Shown here: positions 30,001 through 43,400 of the stretch, in pieces
Layout of the letters: every line of letters starts with the position of its first letter
Position numbering within the stretch: position 1 is the stretch's first letter
From: Adineta vaga
Lineage: Eukaryota > Animalia > Rotifera
Assembly: GCA_021613535.1 (NCBI GenBank)
Contig: CP075492.1
Coordinates: 10,850,001-10,914,000, forward strand
Direction: 5' to 3'
DNA: 64,000 nucleotides
Notes under the pieces: model-generated
What the model saw: the letters and a program-made list of their open reading frames with translations, nothing else
What the model was told of the DNA's origin: nothing
Databases searched by the model: none
Made by a program: the position numbers and the translations under genes

Positions 30001-30411
30001 ATTAAATTGATTTTTCTAATACATCATTGAGACGATCGATTAAAGAGAAGTAAACAGAAATGTATTGCTTTAGAGTCTTACTCATTTTCCTCTTTCTTAT
30101 ATGTGTATAGCAACTGGAAAAGAATGTTTTCCTTTCAAAGTCTTCGTTCAGTTTTTGAAAAAAATAACCTTGTCATTGTATTAGAATGTTTTTCTTTCTC
30201 ACAGACAGAAAGGAAAGAACAACGTGTAGGGAAGAAAAGAACAGAAAAATTCTTTTTTATATACCACTTGTCAGAGATGAAGTAAGTAAAAATAATATAA
30301 AGAAAATAAAACAATTCTGTCATTGACGCTCACATTACCTACCGACGATTGTGTGTCGCTCAAGTGTAAAACATATTTAATAGTTGAAGATTGCTTTGAT
30401 TTATCTCAGTC

Positions 30412-33400
30412 ATGCGTCGTGGAAGAGTAAGTCTTACTGTTCTATTCCAAATGTATACTAACTTAGATGTTGAATTTAGATCTATCCAAGTAAAACAGTT
30501 TCATACTTTCGTACATGTTGGACATACAAATCTTGGGGTGCACTTATTGGTGTTCTTGGTGCTTTAATAGTTCTATCTGGACTACATATTGGTTGGGAGT
30601 GAGTTCATATCTTTCCAGAATAATAAGAATTTCATTCTATTTTGAATTTTAGTTTTCCTATAATGATTAAAAATCGTCATTATTATTTTCCAATTCTATT
30701 TTCTTTGGCACTTTTCTATACAATTTCCAACTATCTTTTTGCTGCTCTACATGATCCTGGTGTTATTCCACGTCCCGATGCTGATGAAATACTTTCTGTA
30801 GAAAAAGAACATAATATTCAAACTGATTTGTAAGTTGAATCAGATTCCATTCCTATCAACTAATGATTGTTTATTAATTTTAGAAACGGAAAATATTTTC
30901 CATCTGTACCACAACCCATAACGATTCTTGTAAGAAATTTTCCCTATTCATCATCATATTGTTATACATGTCGAACTTATCGTTTACCACGTGTTTCACA
31001 TTGTTCAACTTGTAATGTTTGTGTTCAAAATTTCGATCATCATTGTCCGTGGAGTAGGAAATTCTATACTTTTCGAAGTTATTCTCAGCTAATATTGATC
31101 TTTTTTTAGTTAATAATTGTGTTGGTTTGTTAAATTATCGTTATTTTTGTAATTTTATTCTATCCTGTTCCATCCTTTGTTTATTCGGATTGATTGATAG
31201 TGGTGTAGCAGCCTATCTTCGATGGGACATGTACAAAAATGAGCCAGGACTTTATTTTGCTTATAATATTCCAAGTTTTTTCCTTGGTTTTATTAGTTTT
31301 TTTCTTATGTTTACGCTTGCTTCATTCTGGTTTTATCACTGTGGTTTAGCGATGAGTGGAGCAACAACTAGAGAAGATGTGAGTAACAAAACAGAAGAGA
31401 AAATTTCTTTCAATGAATGTATCTTGTTTTCAACAGATTAGATTACGAAAACATTTGGTAGAAAATAAACGTCACAATGGTTCACGATGTCGAAACTTAA
31501 TAGAATCTTGGTGTGGTCCTATACGACCATCGTAAATAACTTTTCTTTTGATTAATACATTTAATTGAAAATTAAATTGCTAGAGTCAATTGGAATGAAT
31601 TGTATGATATAGATCATTATGAAAAGCAAGAAGAAATCTATAAAGAAAAACGTCCAACTTTGTTAAGCAATACACTCATTATACCAACAGCAAAGATTCG
31701 AGAACATATTTATGATTTATCAACAAATAACTATCTTGGTATTCAGCAACAAGTAGCAGCATATTGTCGCACAGCTACAGGATTATTAGGTAAATGTACA
31801 TAAATTTTCAGATTTGATAGTTTTATTTCTATTTAATTGTTTGTTCATTTAGATCAACAATCGATAGTACCAACAATTAGTGCCTTCCATCATCTTCAAA
31901 CTTACACAATTGAACTGAATACTATTGACAATAATCAAATGGATGCTCGTTATTTATTAATCGACAGTAAGATTGATTAAGAATATGAGAAAAAAAATAC
32001 ATTCAGTGGTTTCTATTAAGTTGTTCTACAAGCAAATCTTTCAATCTTTTGGGATATCATTTGGAAATCTCATGTTTCATCAATTGTCATGTTATATGAA
32101 ATTAAAGATAATGTATAGAAACGATTTGTGATTTCTTTTGAATGATCATCTACTTCTTATGAATAGACTGCTCTCGTACAATATTGGCCAAATAAAACAA
32201 ATCCATCGATAACTATTGATCGTAATTATCAAATAGATTTCATTCAACATTCCAAACGATTATATACAGAGACCACTCAATTTAAATTACAAAAAGTAAG
32301 ACAAAACTAGAATTCATTGTAGGAATGAACTTCGATTTAGATTGGTGAAACAGAAACACGTATTATTGAGCATTTTCAAGTGAAGAATTGGTCAGATGTT
32401 AGTTTTGGATTAGATCCGGTTTCTCTTTTACATCTACAATATCAAATAAATGAGAAAGAGAAAGAAGAAAGACTTCATAATGGTACTCCAAATATAATAG
32501 CTATTCATAGTCGGTATGAATATTAACGAATTCGTATTTTCTTACTTTATTTAACTTTGTTTTTATCATAGTGGAATCGATACACTAGCAATAGCATACA
32601 TGACGAGTGATATAAATAGACGTTTATTGATCAGATGTGGTTTTATTAATATATTGAATACAATTACTCAACTTAATAAACACTTACCAATATGTATCAT
32701 GACTGAAGTAAGACAAAAACACGAACTCTTGTAAGTCAGCTATGTGAATATATTCAGGATGTATTGATGCATGTCTATTTGCTGATCCTACATCTATCAG
32801 CATGGACTTATTCATCAGATATAGTGACATTTCAAGGATTAAATCATCAAATAAACCGAACACTTCAATGTGGATTTGGTTCCTATTATCAAAATTCAAT
32901 CGTAGAATTGTTCCATGTAATTATGATCTTGATTTACAATTCATAATGTCTCATACGAGAAAAAAAAGTCTTCATATAACAATATTTTACGTCTTCTTTT
33001 CATTGTAGTCATTTACTACGAATAGTTTGAAAGAACTAAATGCAATTATTCCTCTGAGTATACAGAAAATGTTCAGTTTTTAATTACTCAAAATCTATTT
33101 CTCTTCTAGGTATAGAAACTTATCAGCAAGCAATTTCTATTGAACATCATGCTGTATATTTTATCAATGTAAGTTTATCATATTTATCGATATTTGTATC
33201 GAGTATTTGAATCTAAACAGAGCTATATACATTCGCAAGCATTTATTTTAACTGTTGGTCGTGATCGTAATAGTCTAGCAAAAATTATCTCACAATTAAA
33301 AATTCGACATTGTTTTTTATTTCAACATAGTAGTCATCTTGTAAGTTGATTTTCAATAAACTTTTTATGAAATATTCATTTTCGAATCAAAGGATGTGAG

Positions 33401-33950
33401 TTTTATTGAAAAACAACAATTAATATTAGATGGTAATTATTTATCGACTGATTTTCGTCGTTATTATAAGAATGAAGTGAGTCAAAATTTTTGATATTCT
33501 GATGTTTTAGATTGTTCGATATATGTAGTCTATGCCTTTCTTTTATCAACCGGTTGATTCTTGTCGAAATATTCCATTATATCGATTGTCTCGATTTCTG
33601 GTCAAACTTGATCAAAATGATGATCTACCTATTCTACTATACCTTGAGTACGTAAATGAATATAATGGTTCAAGATGATAAATTAAAACTCTATGTTTAG
33701 TGATGTTCGAGATGGTGCTATTGTATGTTTATTAGCGAATTTAATGGAACAAATGAGTATTGATAATACAGCTGATATATATCATCAAGCAAGAAAAATT
33801 GCTTTTGTTTGTCCTACATTTCGAACTCAGGTAGGATTGATTTTATTTATTGATTTTTCTTATTGTCATTATTATAAGGATGAATTGAGAACTATGTACG
33901 ACTGGATTAGAAAATGGACGGAATATGAATTGCATGATCAAGTTAATTAA
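30412..33950 (+). CDS. DHHC palmitoyltransferase (ZDHHC9/14/18-like) fused to two degenerate PTP-like domains
   Basis: [59 protein letters not shown]; frame continues via canonical introns into [37 protein letters not shown], then [17 protein letters not shown] and [31 protein letters not shown]. Confidence 0.8.
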
Positions 33951-34098
33951 GATTGTATTTTAAAGTGGCTTTGAAATTTCGTCAGATGTGTATTGAATAG
34001 AAAAAACAAGAACATTATTCATCAGATTTTCTTTCTATTTTTATAATAAAATGAAAAACAAGAATACTTTGAGAAAAGATTCTGAAAAAAGAAAAGTC

Positions 34099-35928
34099 TT
34101 ATGAATTCTGAAAACAGAATGTAGTGTCTTGTGCTCGAGCTGTTTTTAGATTACAATTAATCAAATTCATTCGACATGTTCGATCACAAGTATTGCCTGT
34201 CGTTGATGATTTCATGAAGTATTGGTAGACTAAACCCATTGTTTCACCTTCAATATCATTTTCTAATCGTATTATCAATTGATTCCATTCTTGTGGAGAA
34301 AGATCCTTCATCCCATAAGCTGATTTCGCAGAATATTCGATAAGAAATTTCGTTGTATTGTATAGATTTGTAGCGGTTAAATTAAGAATAACGGTTCGAT
34401 GATCCAATACATAAGTTGTATTAATAGCCTAGAAAATAAAGTAAATGACTAAAATTCTATGTAGAATTTTCATTATATTTACATCGATTGTATAGACACG
34501 ATATCCTGGATTGAGATTAGGATAGGTTGTAAACGAGGGTGAAATATAAGCAACAGAAACCTTCGAAAATAAATAAAGTAATCTTTCAATAGGAACGCTT
34601 TAGGTCAACTTACTGGTCGTTTAGAATATTTTTCGTCATAGAAAAGCATGAATTCATCATAATGAGTATGAGCAAAAAATTGACCAGTAATCGTATTTTG
34701 ATATCGATTAATGATACTATAATATGCCCAACTAAATGATACCATACACATTCGTGGTGGATGATGTCCAATAATATGAACTTTTTCTTGATGTTCTTCA
34801 GCGTATTGAAGCCATTGAATTAACTATAAGATACGAAAAAGAAATAAAACTTTCAAATAATATAGAAATTACCCATTGTAGTTGTCCGAGAGGATCTGTT
34901 GAATTAATAAAAAGCCAATAGTTATTTTCAGTGCAATAATTCATATTTAATGAGATTAATCGAAGATTTGTTTCAATGATTGTAGTGTAATAACCTCCTT
35001 TAAGAATAGTATCACGTGTACGTTCATTCAATCCAAATTGTCCAATCCATTGATTGGCTAAGATTGAGTAAAGCCAAGACATGTTATTTGTTGAAAAAAG
35101 ATCCGGTGGTGCTGCTTCATGATTACCAACACATGGATAGATTTTTTTATTCGGAAATGTTTGTTTTAATAAACGAGTAGTAAATGAAATTTCTTCGAGA
35201 TCTTTTTCTTGAGTTTGTTGCCAAACATCATGTGGAGCAATATCACCAGTGAAATAAATAAAATCAATCTGTTCTTCCGTTTGAACGATATATTGTAACA
35301 TACTTTCTGCAGTCCACTGTGGTAGATCACATGTACGATAATCACCCCAAAACTGTGCACCAATTTCACCAACTTTCGGTGTTCCATCACGACAACAAAG
35401 TGGTCGACCACAATTAGCATTTGAACCAGGTGTATATTTTGCATCAATATGCAAATCAGCAAGATGAAGAACGGAATAAATCGGATTTGTAGATGATTGC
35501 GTAGGAGATTGAACGACAGAGGAAAATGTTTGTACAGTTGATGGAGGAAAAGTAACATTCCATCGTAGTGCAGGAATATCTGCCTGTCGCATACATCCAA
35601 ATGCTACACCACAAATTTCATGTGTCGATAGCGGACTATGACGAAGTACTTCAATAAGTACAGGATTATATTCATCAATCATACCAGCACATACAGCATC
35701 ATCGGCAAGATGTAGATATTGACATAATGTGATACCTAGTTTCTCAATCAATGATGATTCATTAATTGCAATAAGACCTTTTGCAATAGGTAACAACATA
35801 TTGCACAATTCACATGGTGTCAATTCATTAGCTTGTGTGTTCACTAGGGAAATAGGTAGAGTAGATAATTGTTTTAAAATAAAAAGTAGACAGAAACCAA
35901 TGTAAAAACATCGAACTATCATCATCAT
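34099..35928 (-). CDS. SMPD1: Acid sphingomyelinase (saposin B + metallophosphoesterase)
   Basis: Signal peptide, saposin CELC..LCQYL..VCAG..ICG..C; DLHID, CGRPLCCR, WGDYRTCD, TGDIAPH, GNHE, IIGHHPP, AHTHYDEF, NLNPGYRVY; 4 exons. Confidence 0.92.
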
Positions 35929-36871
35929 CGTTGTTGAGAGAAACAAATATTCGTTCTAGTTTTCGTTAGATATTTATTCAAAACAAGTCTGCTGATAACA
36001 AAATGACAACCATATCTCTCTCTCTCTCTCTCGTTCTAGATAAATCTTCATTACACTTGATTCTTTCAAGTCATCAAGTAAATGCAAATATGTTAAATAG
36101 ATTTATTCATGAATTAACTCTTTCTTTTTCATCGATAAAAAAATCAAGACATTAGACGACTTATTAAAGTTCACATGAGAAGAGAAAAAACAAAATGTAC
36201 ACTTTGATTTCAACAAATATAACAAAATTAAACATGAAATACTACTTTCATTGAAATATGTTTACTAGGAATAATTCTTGATTGTGCTGTCAATGAATCA
36301 GATATAATAATTTGTTCTTTAGTCATAATTGCTTTGAGAATACAACTATTTCTTTTCAACGATTGATTTTGTAGAGATATCTGAAATAAGGAAATATTAT
36401 TATGCTCAAATTTTATTTTAAAACTTACATTTTTTTCAATATGGCAATTTTGACTTTTTTTAACTGGTGCAAAAGTCAATTGTTGATCGCTGTCATCATC
36501 ACTTGTAAGATAACGTTGCTAAAAGATCCCTTTCGGAGTTAGTTGGAAAATGTTTTCTATGGAAAATATACTTCTCTTTGACAATCAAGTTGACTTGAAA
36601 CAGTTGTTATGGAAGATGATGGAAGTAAACGATAGGAATCATTTGATTCACTCCACTTTAATGATGATGATGATGATGAATTTGTCAAACATGAAGAACA
36701 AGAACAAAGTGACATCTGTAACAAAGTATAAGAAAAAAAGAACAGAATTATATAGGAGAGAAGAAACCTCTCTGAATTTCTTGAACATAATGGCTGAATG
36801 ACATGTCAGAAGATCAGCATTTTCATCTGAGTAAAACGCGCCGTTAGTTTACAAGTTCAAAGTAAAACGTC

Positions 36872-38380
36872 ATGTCATCTGCAACTCAAGAAGCAAATAT
36901 GGCTGTTTGGTACGATCGAGAAATTCGATTCGATATTCCACCAAAGTAATTACATTACTTAAACATATTTTCAATGCATATGCTTGTTTCAGTGATATCA
37001 AATGTCGATCGGGTGAATTTATTATTGATACACTTAGTTCAGTTGAAGATACCAAAGGAAATAATGGCGATAAGGGTAGGACAACGTGTGATATCTTGTT
37101 ATATTTAGATCAAGAGAATATAAATTCAATCTTGATTCTTTCTTATTATTTAGGAAAATTGGTCATAACTAATATTCGTCTTATTTGGCATAGCCATTCA
37201 TCAACACGTACCAATCTCTGTAAGTTAACTCTTAATAATTGAATGAATATTTTCATACTTTTCGTTTTCAAGCTATTGGTCTTTATGCACTCGTTACTAT
37301 CACTGCTCGAAGTGCAAAATCGGTAATATGAACTTTTGAAAATTTTCCTATCTATTATCATTTTTTCAAAAAGAAACTTCGTGGTAGTACTGGATCTGTT
37401 TATCTTCTAACTAAATCTGGTACATCACGTTATGAATTTATTTTTACAAATCTGGTTGCTGGTTCCAGTGCAATGCTCAATTCCATTGTTGCTGTTCATA
37501 AAGCGTATGATTCCAGTCGTCTCTATCGCGAAATTCGTCTTCGATCATCATTACTTAATAAAGGTCAACTACGTATTTTACCCAAAGAACGCTTACATAA
37601 TCGATACAATGGAGTTTGGAATCTTTCTTCCGATCAGGTACGATTTTAGAAAATTTTTCTCCTCAAAAAAAGAACACCGTTCTGATTCTATTTGGTTTTA
37701 GGGTAATCTGGGTATTTTTCATATAACAGACATTCGTCTTATATGGCATGCGGAATTGAATGAAAATTTTAATGTTAGTGTACCTTATTATCAAACAAAA
37801 AGTATTAAAATTCGCGATTCAAAATTTGGTGTTGCACTCGTCGTCGAAACAACGCCTTATGTAAATATATAAATATATCTAGAAATATAAGAATTGTTAA
37901 TTTTTGTCCATAGAGTGGAAATTATTTACTTGGTTTTCAAATAGCACCTGAAGAAAAACTTCGTGAAGTTCATAAAGAAATTACTACACTTCATAAAAGG
38001 TATATCATTGTATAGAAGAATTCTGCTTCCATATGGAATGTAATCTGATTTCTATTCTCTGCAGTTATTTTGCCAATCCAGAATTTGGAGTCGAATATTC
38101 TGTTGAAGAACTACAATCTGAACAACCAGCTACACGTTTGGAAAGTAATGTGGATGATATTGAAATCTTACAAAGTCGAGAACATACAGATTCATATGCT
38201 GTAAGTACATAGTTTCATTTCAGAATGATTTATTCTTTAATTTTTGCCTATGTATAGACATATCTGACTGATGCAGGTAAACGTGATCGTGAACCTGTTT
38301 ATTCTGAAGAACTTGGTTTGGCTATAGAGAAATTACCACAAGGATATACTCTTAGTAGTCTCTGGGATATTCTTAGTTAA
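36872..38380 (+). CDS. BBS5: BBSome subunit BBS5
   Basis: [107 protein letters not shown]. Confidence 0.95.
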
Positions 38381-38605
38381 TCATTTGAATATCTTATTTT
38401 TCTTTCTGACATACGAATGATTAAAGTAAAAATATATTATTTATCAATAACAAAACAATACCTTTTAGTATCGATTGTAAAAAAAATGGTTCTTTATGTC
38501 ATATACGTATGTAAATATATATATGTGTATCAACTTCAATCTGAAAAAAATTGAAGAAAAATGCCGAAAACAAATAAATAACATTAAAAAAAATATAGAA
38601 ATTAT

Positions 38606-39370
38606 TTAGCTAAATATCATTTCTTGACTTTTGTCTGTATCAATAATTCCTCCTTTTTCTTTTTGTTGTTGAAAAAGTGCTTGAGTACGTTCTTGCCATT
38701 GTCGGACATTTGATGAAAGTTTATTCACTAATTCGTCATGTTCTTCATGAGAATTATTTTCAATAATTGATGTTGTCGGTAATTGTTCAATAACATTATT
38801 GGAAAGAATTTGTCGACAAACAGGATCTTCAATATCTTGACGAAAATCTCTTTCGATATAAAATCCATTTTTCTTTAATTCTTGATATTTTTCTTCTAAT
38901 TCAATTTTCTTCATATCAACATAGGGTTTAAGACAATTTTTATGATAAAAATGATGACAATTCGTTTTAATTACTTCACTTCGATCAGTAATTAAAGTTA
39001 AACATATAGCACAAGCTTCATTTGGAAGTTCATATGAAGATAATTTCGATCGTATTAATTCAATACATTCATAAAGTACACAACAACCGATGTTTAATTG
39101 GAGACAAGTTGAAATTGATGAATTTAATTCATCTAATTGTTCATCAGTCAAACCACGTGAACGACAAAGTGTTATTTTAGGTGAGTCAATATCAGGATAT
39201 GTGGATGGAAGATCAGCAATCAATGTAATACATAGAAGACGTCGATCTTGATTTAAATCATTTTCATCCCCATTTGAATAGATAGTAATGTTGATAGTTG
39301 TTGGATCACCTGAATTGATTATGATATCATCCAAATAGATGGATTGTAAGACACTTAATTCTTCATCCAT
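38606..39370 (-). CDS. RNF25: RWD + RING-H2 E3 ligase, intronless
   Basis: EELSVLQSIY, LPSTYPD..PKI..SRGLTD (RWD); CAICL..TNCHHFYHKNCL..(D)PVCR; QQQKEKGGIID tail typical of RNF25. Confidence 0.85.
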   Translation of the reverse strand: MDEELSVLQSIYLDDIIINSGDPTTINITIYSNGDENDLNQDRRLLCITLIADLPSTYPDIDSPKITLCRSRGLTDEQLDELNSSISTCLQLNIGCCVLYECIELIRSKLSSYELPNEACAICLTLITDRSEVIKTNCHHFYHKNCLKPYVDMKKIELEEKYQELKKNGFYIERDFRQDIEDPVCRQILSNNVIEQLPTTSIIENNSHEEHDELVNKLSSNVRQWQERTQALFQQQKEKGGIIDTDKSQEMIFS

Positions 39371-39972
39371 ATAATCTTGAGCAACAAAACCGAAATGCAG
39401 ACAAACCGTTCGTTCTTTAATGCTATCATGATCAGTTTGGTTCTAAATGACCAATCAGAAAAGGGCGCTAGTAGTTTCAATTAAAAATATTTTTAATCGA
39501 ATAACGGTGCGGTTTTTGAAAACTGGTTTGAAAATTTCTATTGTATTTGATCACAAAAAAAATTCGTCCAATCATTACCCATTTAGTATTGTTTACTAAT
39601 GTAGCCGTCAGTTGCTTTGCATTGATTTTGGCATTAATATAATAATATAAATAAGCTATATAGAGAAATCTTCAGAACATCTGTGAGTAAAATTTACGGA
39701 AGGGATTATTATAATAATAAGACTGACGTATAAACTCCTTAGAGTTATTTTTAATTTAAAAAAAATAATACTGAACTGTGAAAAACATTGACTTATGATC
39801 TTTCCGGACTTCAAGGTTGGAAATAATCTATTCTTGCAGAAAGCATAAAGATCTTATCTGAAACATTAATAAACAGAAAGTTACATAAGACTTTAAGATC
39901 GTTAAATCTTATAATAATATTATGAAAACTAGGTTTTCTTTCAGATCTTGCTATTTCGAACAAATCTTGAAA
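39371..39972. promoter_or_regulatory. Probable bidirectional promoter RNF25/COX8
   Basis: Head-to-head genes; CCAAT boxes at 39451 and 39568; 5'UTR donor gtgagt at 39683 and acceptor ending 39944. Confidence 0.45.
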
Positions 39973-40307
39973 ATGTCTGGTCTACTGACCCAAGTCGTTC
40001 GACGTCAAGCGCTAATGATGATGCCACGTCGTAATGGAAGTGCACTTTTAATTACCGGTCCACCAATGAATAAAGTGACCAATAAAGTACGAATACAATC
40101 ATCTTATTTTCTCTTAAATTATGCTTTTTTTATTTATTATTTTAGGAAAAATTAATTGCATTAAGTTTGTTCCTTAGTGTACCAATGCTTTATCCAATTT
40201 ACATTATGTCAAATCTACAAAAATATAATGGTTCAAATCGTACATCGACAAAAGCCAAGAAAGCCAAATCGGATAAAAAACAATCGGGCAAAAAAGCTGA
40301 CCATTAA
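39973..40307 (+). CDS. COX8: Cytochrome c oxidase subunit 8
   Basis: Two exons (39973-40086, 40146-40307): presequence MSGLLTQVVRRQ..RR, ITGPPMNKVTNKEK, TM helix ..PIYIMSNLQKY, Lys-rich tail; matches invertebrate COX8 pattern. Confidence 0.75.
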
Positions 40308-40494
40308 ATCTTCTCTTCATATTCGCATCCAATAGATTCTATGTAGATCATCGATTTTTCCTAGTCCTTTATCATTGGTTTTTTTCCCTCATTATTTCCT
40401 GTAACCATGAAAATATTTAGTTTTCATTTCAAATTTAATACAAATATTGTCTCTTTCTGTATTTAGATAGTTTTTTAGATGCTCGCAGACATAC

Positions 40495-43400
40495 ATGCTG
40501 CAGCATAAACTATCTTCTTATGGATTAATTTTTTTCAAAAAAAGAACTTCGCATTTATGTTTGTCCTTCATTCCGCATCGTTTAGTTTCATACGATCAAC
40601 ACGAATCTCCGACTGTCCCTCATAATATTCATCCTGTTCTAACATTAAAATTAACTGAAAAACTTCCCGCATCATGTAATGTACTTATTGCCGGTGGCGG
40701 TATTTTCGGTCAATCAATTGCTTATCATCTCAGTGAAATTGGTGTTCAAGATATTGTTTTACTTGAAAAAGCTAAGTAATATACAACCTTATCAATTACA
40801 TTTGGATATGCGAACGAATAATTTCAATTTTATATTGAAATAGATTAGCATCTGGCTCAACATGGCAGAGTTCTGGTCAAGTATCTCATTTACGAAACAC
40901 TGTAGTCGAAACGCATTTTATAAAATACTCAAGGCAATTATATGAACGATTATATAAAGAAGGATATGATATTGGTAAAATTATAGGATTACAATTGTTA
41001 ACAACCATATAATTTATCTTGTATAGGTTTTAATGAAAAAGGAAGTTTATGGGTTGCACAAACATCGGATCGTTTACATACATTAAAACGGCAATATAGT
41101 GTAACAAAAGCTTTAGGAGTCAATTGTGAAATCTTAAATCGTGAGAAATTACAAGCCAAAGTACCAATTATTGATCCACATGAAATTTGGGTATAGAATA
41201 CATACATCTCATCAAGTCGATTGAATTCATTTAAACTATTTTTAGGGTGGTCTTTGGATTCCTAATGATTTCATGGTAGATCCTGTATCATTAGCTTTAA
41301 CATTCGCTCAGCTAGCAATAGCTAAGGGTAAGACAAATCAGATTTTTTTTCTTTAAAATATTCATGAACACGAAGAAATATTATTTTTTAGGCGTTAAAA
41401 TCATTGAAGATTGTTCGGTGGAAGAAATTCTTACTGTAAAACAAAGTAGTGGAAAATCAGATCGTGTCTCAGGTGCACTAACATCTAAAGGCAACATAAA
41501 ATGTGATATATTTATCAATTGTACAGGAATAGTATGTTTTGTTTTATTTCTTTTTAAATCAATAAATTATAAACATTCTTTCATATTTAAAGTGGTCACG
41601 TGAACTTGGATTCCAAACTTCTCCAAGTGTACGAATTCCTACTCAAGCTTGTGGTAATTTTCCTAATTCATTAGATATCAAATATGTGTATATACTTTAG
41701 AATACATTTGTTTAAAGACAAAACCAATTCAAAATTTTCCTAATGATACTCCAACAGTACATAATCCTGAAGAACGTTTCTATATTCAACCATTAGCTGA
41801 TCATAGTATTTTAATCGGTGGTTTTCTGAGACAATCAAAACCTATTTTTTCTAATGGTGTGCCAGATACATTTCATTTTTCACTTCTACCCGATAATTGG
41901 GATGGTTTTCGTAAGTGAATCTATTCATCTTTGTTCTATGTCTAAATAGAGTTTCTCTAGACTGGATATTGAGCAATGCAATCAAACGTTTTCCTATTGT
42001 AGCCGATAGCGAATATGAAACATTAATAACTGGTGCCGATAGTTTTACACCTGACGGTCGATTGATTATGAATGAATCAGCTGAAGTTAGTGTTCTATTC
42101 ATACGAAAGTATTCATTAGAGTAGAAACAAAACTATTTAGATTGATAATTATTTCGTTGCATCGGGCGCCAATGGTCATGGCATAGCACTTGCTGGTGGT
42201 GTAGGAAAATTTATTGCAGAATTAATTCATAATGGAAATACAAATTTAAGTACTTGGCCAGTCGATATACGACGTTTTATGCGTTTACATACAAATAAAC
42301 GATTTCTTGAAGATCGTCTTCGAGAAATACCAGGTATAGTTTTGATGATTATCTCTTGTTCTTGTGTTTTCATATATCGATGATAATTTGATATTAGGAA
42401 AACAATACTCATTGAAATATCCAACTTATGGAATGTCATTATATCGAACGGGAAGAAAATTACGTGTTTCCGCTTTACATCCAAAACTACAAGCAGCAGG
42501 TGCGGCTTATGGTGAAGTACTTGGTTATGAACGACCCTTGTTTTTCACAGCAGATGAACTAGGAAGAAGTACAAATTGAATATTGAATAATTCAATCATA
42601 TGTTTTTGTCTTTTCTCTTTCTAGAAGATTCCGTAGATCTGAGTAAACAAGGTACTTTTGGTAAACCTCGTTGGTTTAATACAGTAATCAAAGAGTATAA
42701 TGCTTGTAGACGAGGTGTTGCTATTATTGATATGACATCATTTACAAAATATGAATTAAAATCAGCAAATCGAAGTGTTATTGATTTTCTTCAAATGCTC
42801 TGCGCAAATAATATCGATAAACCAATTGGTTCTGTTGTTCATACAGGAATGCTAAATGAACTAGGTGGTTATGAAAATGATTGTTCTGTCATACGTCTTG
42901 GAGAATATCAGTAAGATAAAAAAAATGTAATTAAGTTCATGTTTACTTGTTCGCTGTGTGTGTGTGTGTTTCGTAGTTTTCTTTTAGTCAGTCCAACTTC
43001 TCAATCAACTCGTAATATGAAATGGCTTAAAACGCATGTTCCTAAAGATGATTCAATTTTTCTATCGGATGTTACATCTCTTTATACAGCATTGAATGTT
43101 ATTGGACCGAAAGCAAAATATCTACTCAACGAATTGAGCGATGAAAATTTCAATGATTTTGGAAGGATGACTTGTCAAGTGAGTGAATCATCATTAATAA
43201 TGAAAGACTATTATTCATTTCATTCTAGGAAATTGATGTTGGCTTTGTTAGTCATATTCATGCTATGCGATTAACACATACTGGTGAAGATGGTTTTATG
43301 TTATATATTCCATCCGAAGTAAAACTTCTATTGACTAATTAATTGTTTATAAATGAATTATTTTCATTGTTAGTATGCGTTGTGTGTATATGATATGTTA

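Noticed and set aside
27100-30400. ORFs and donor sites between HOOK and the DHHC gene
   Set aside because: No coherent protein; the donor near 28832 probably marks a 5'UTR exon.
36495-36570. Possible RFX X-box upstream of BBS5 (gttgctaaaagatc; gttttctatggaaaat)
   Set aside because: Only half-site or imperfect matches to the 14-bp consensus.
36550-36801. 83-aa ORF with poly-Met upstream of BBS5
   Set aside because: Arises from an (ATG)n microsatellite; no recognisable domain.
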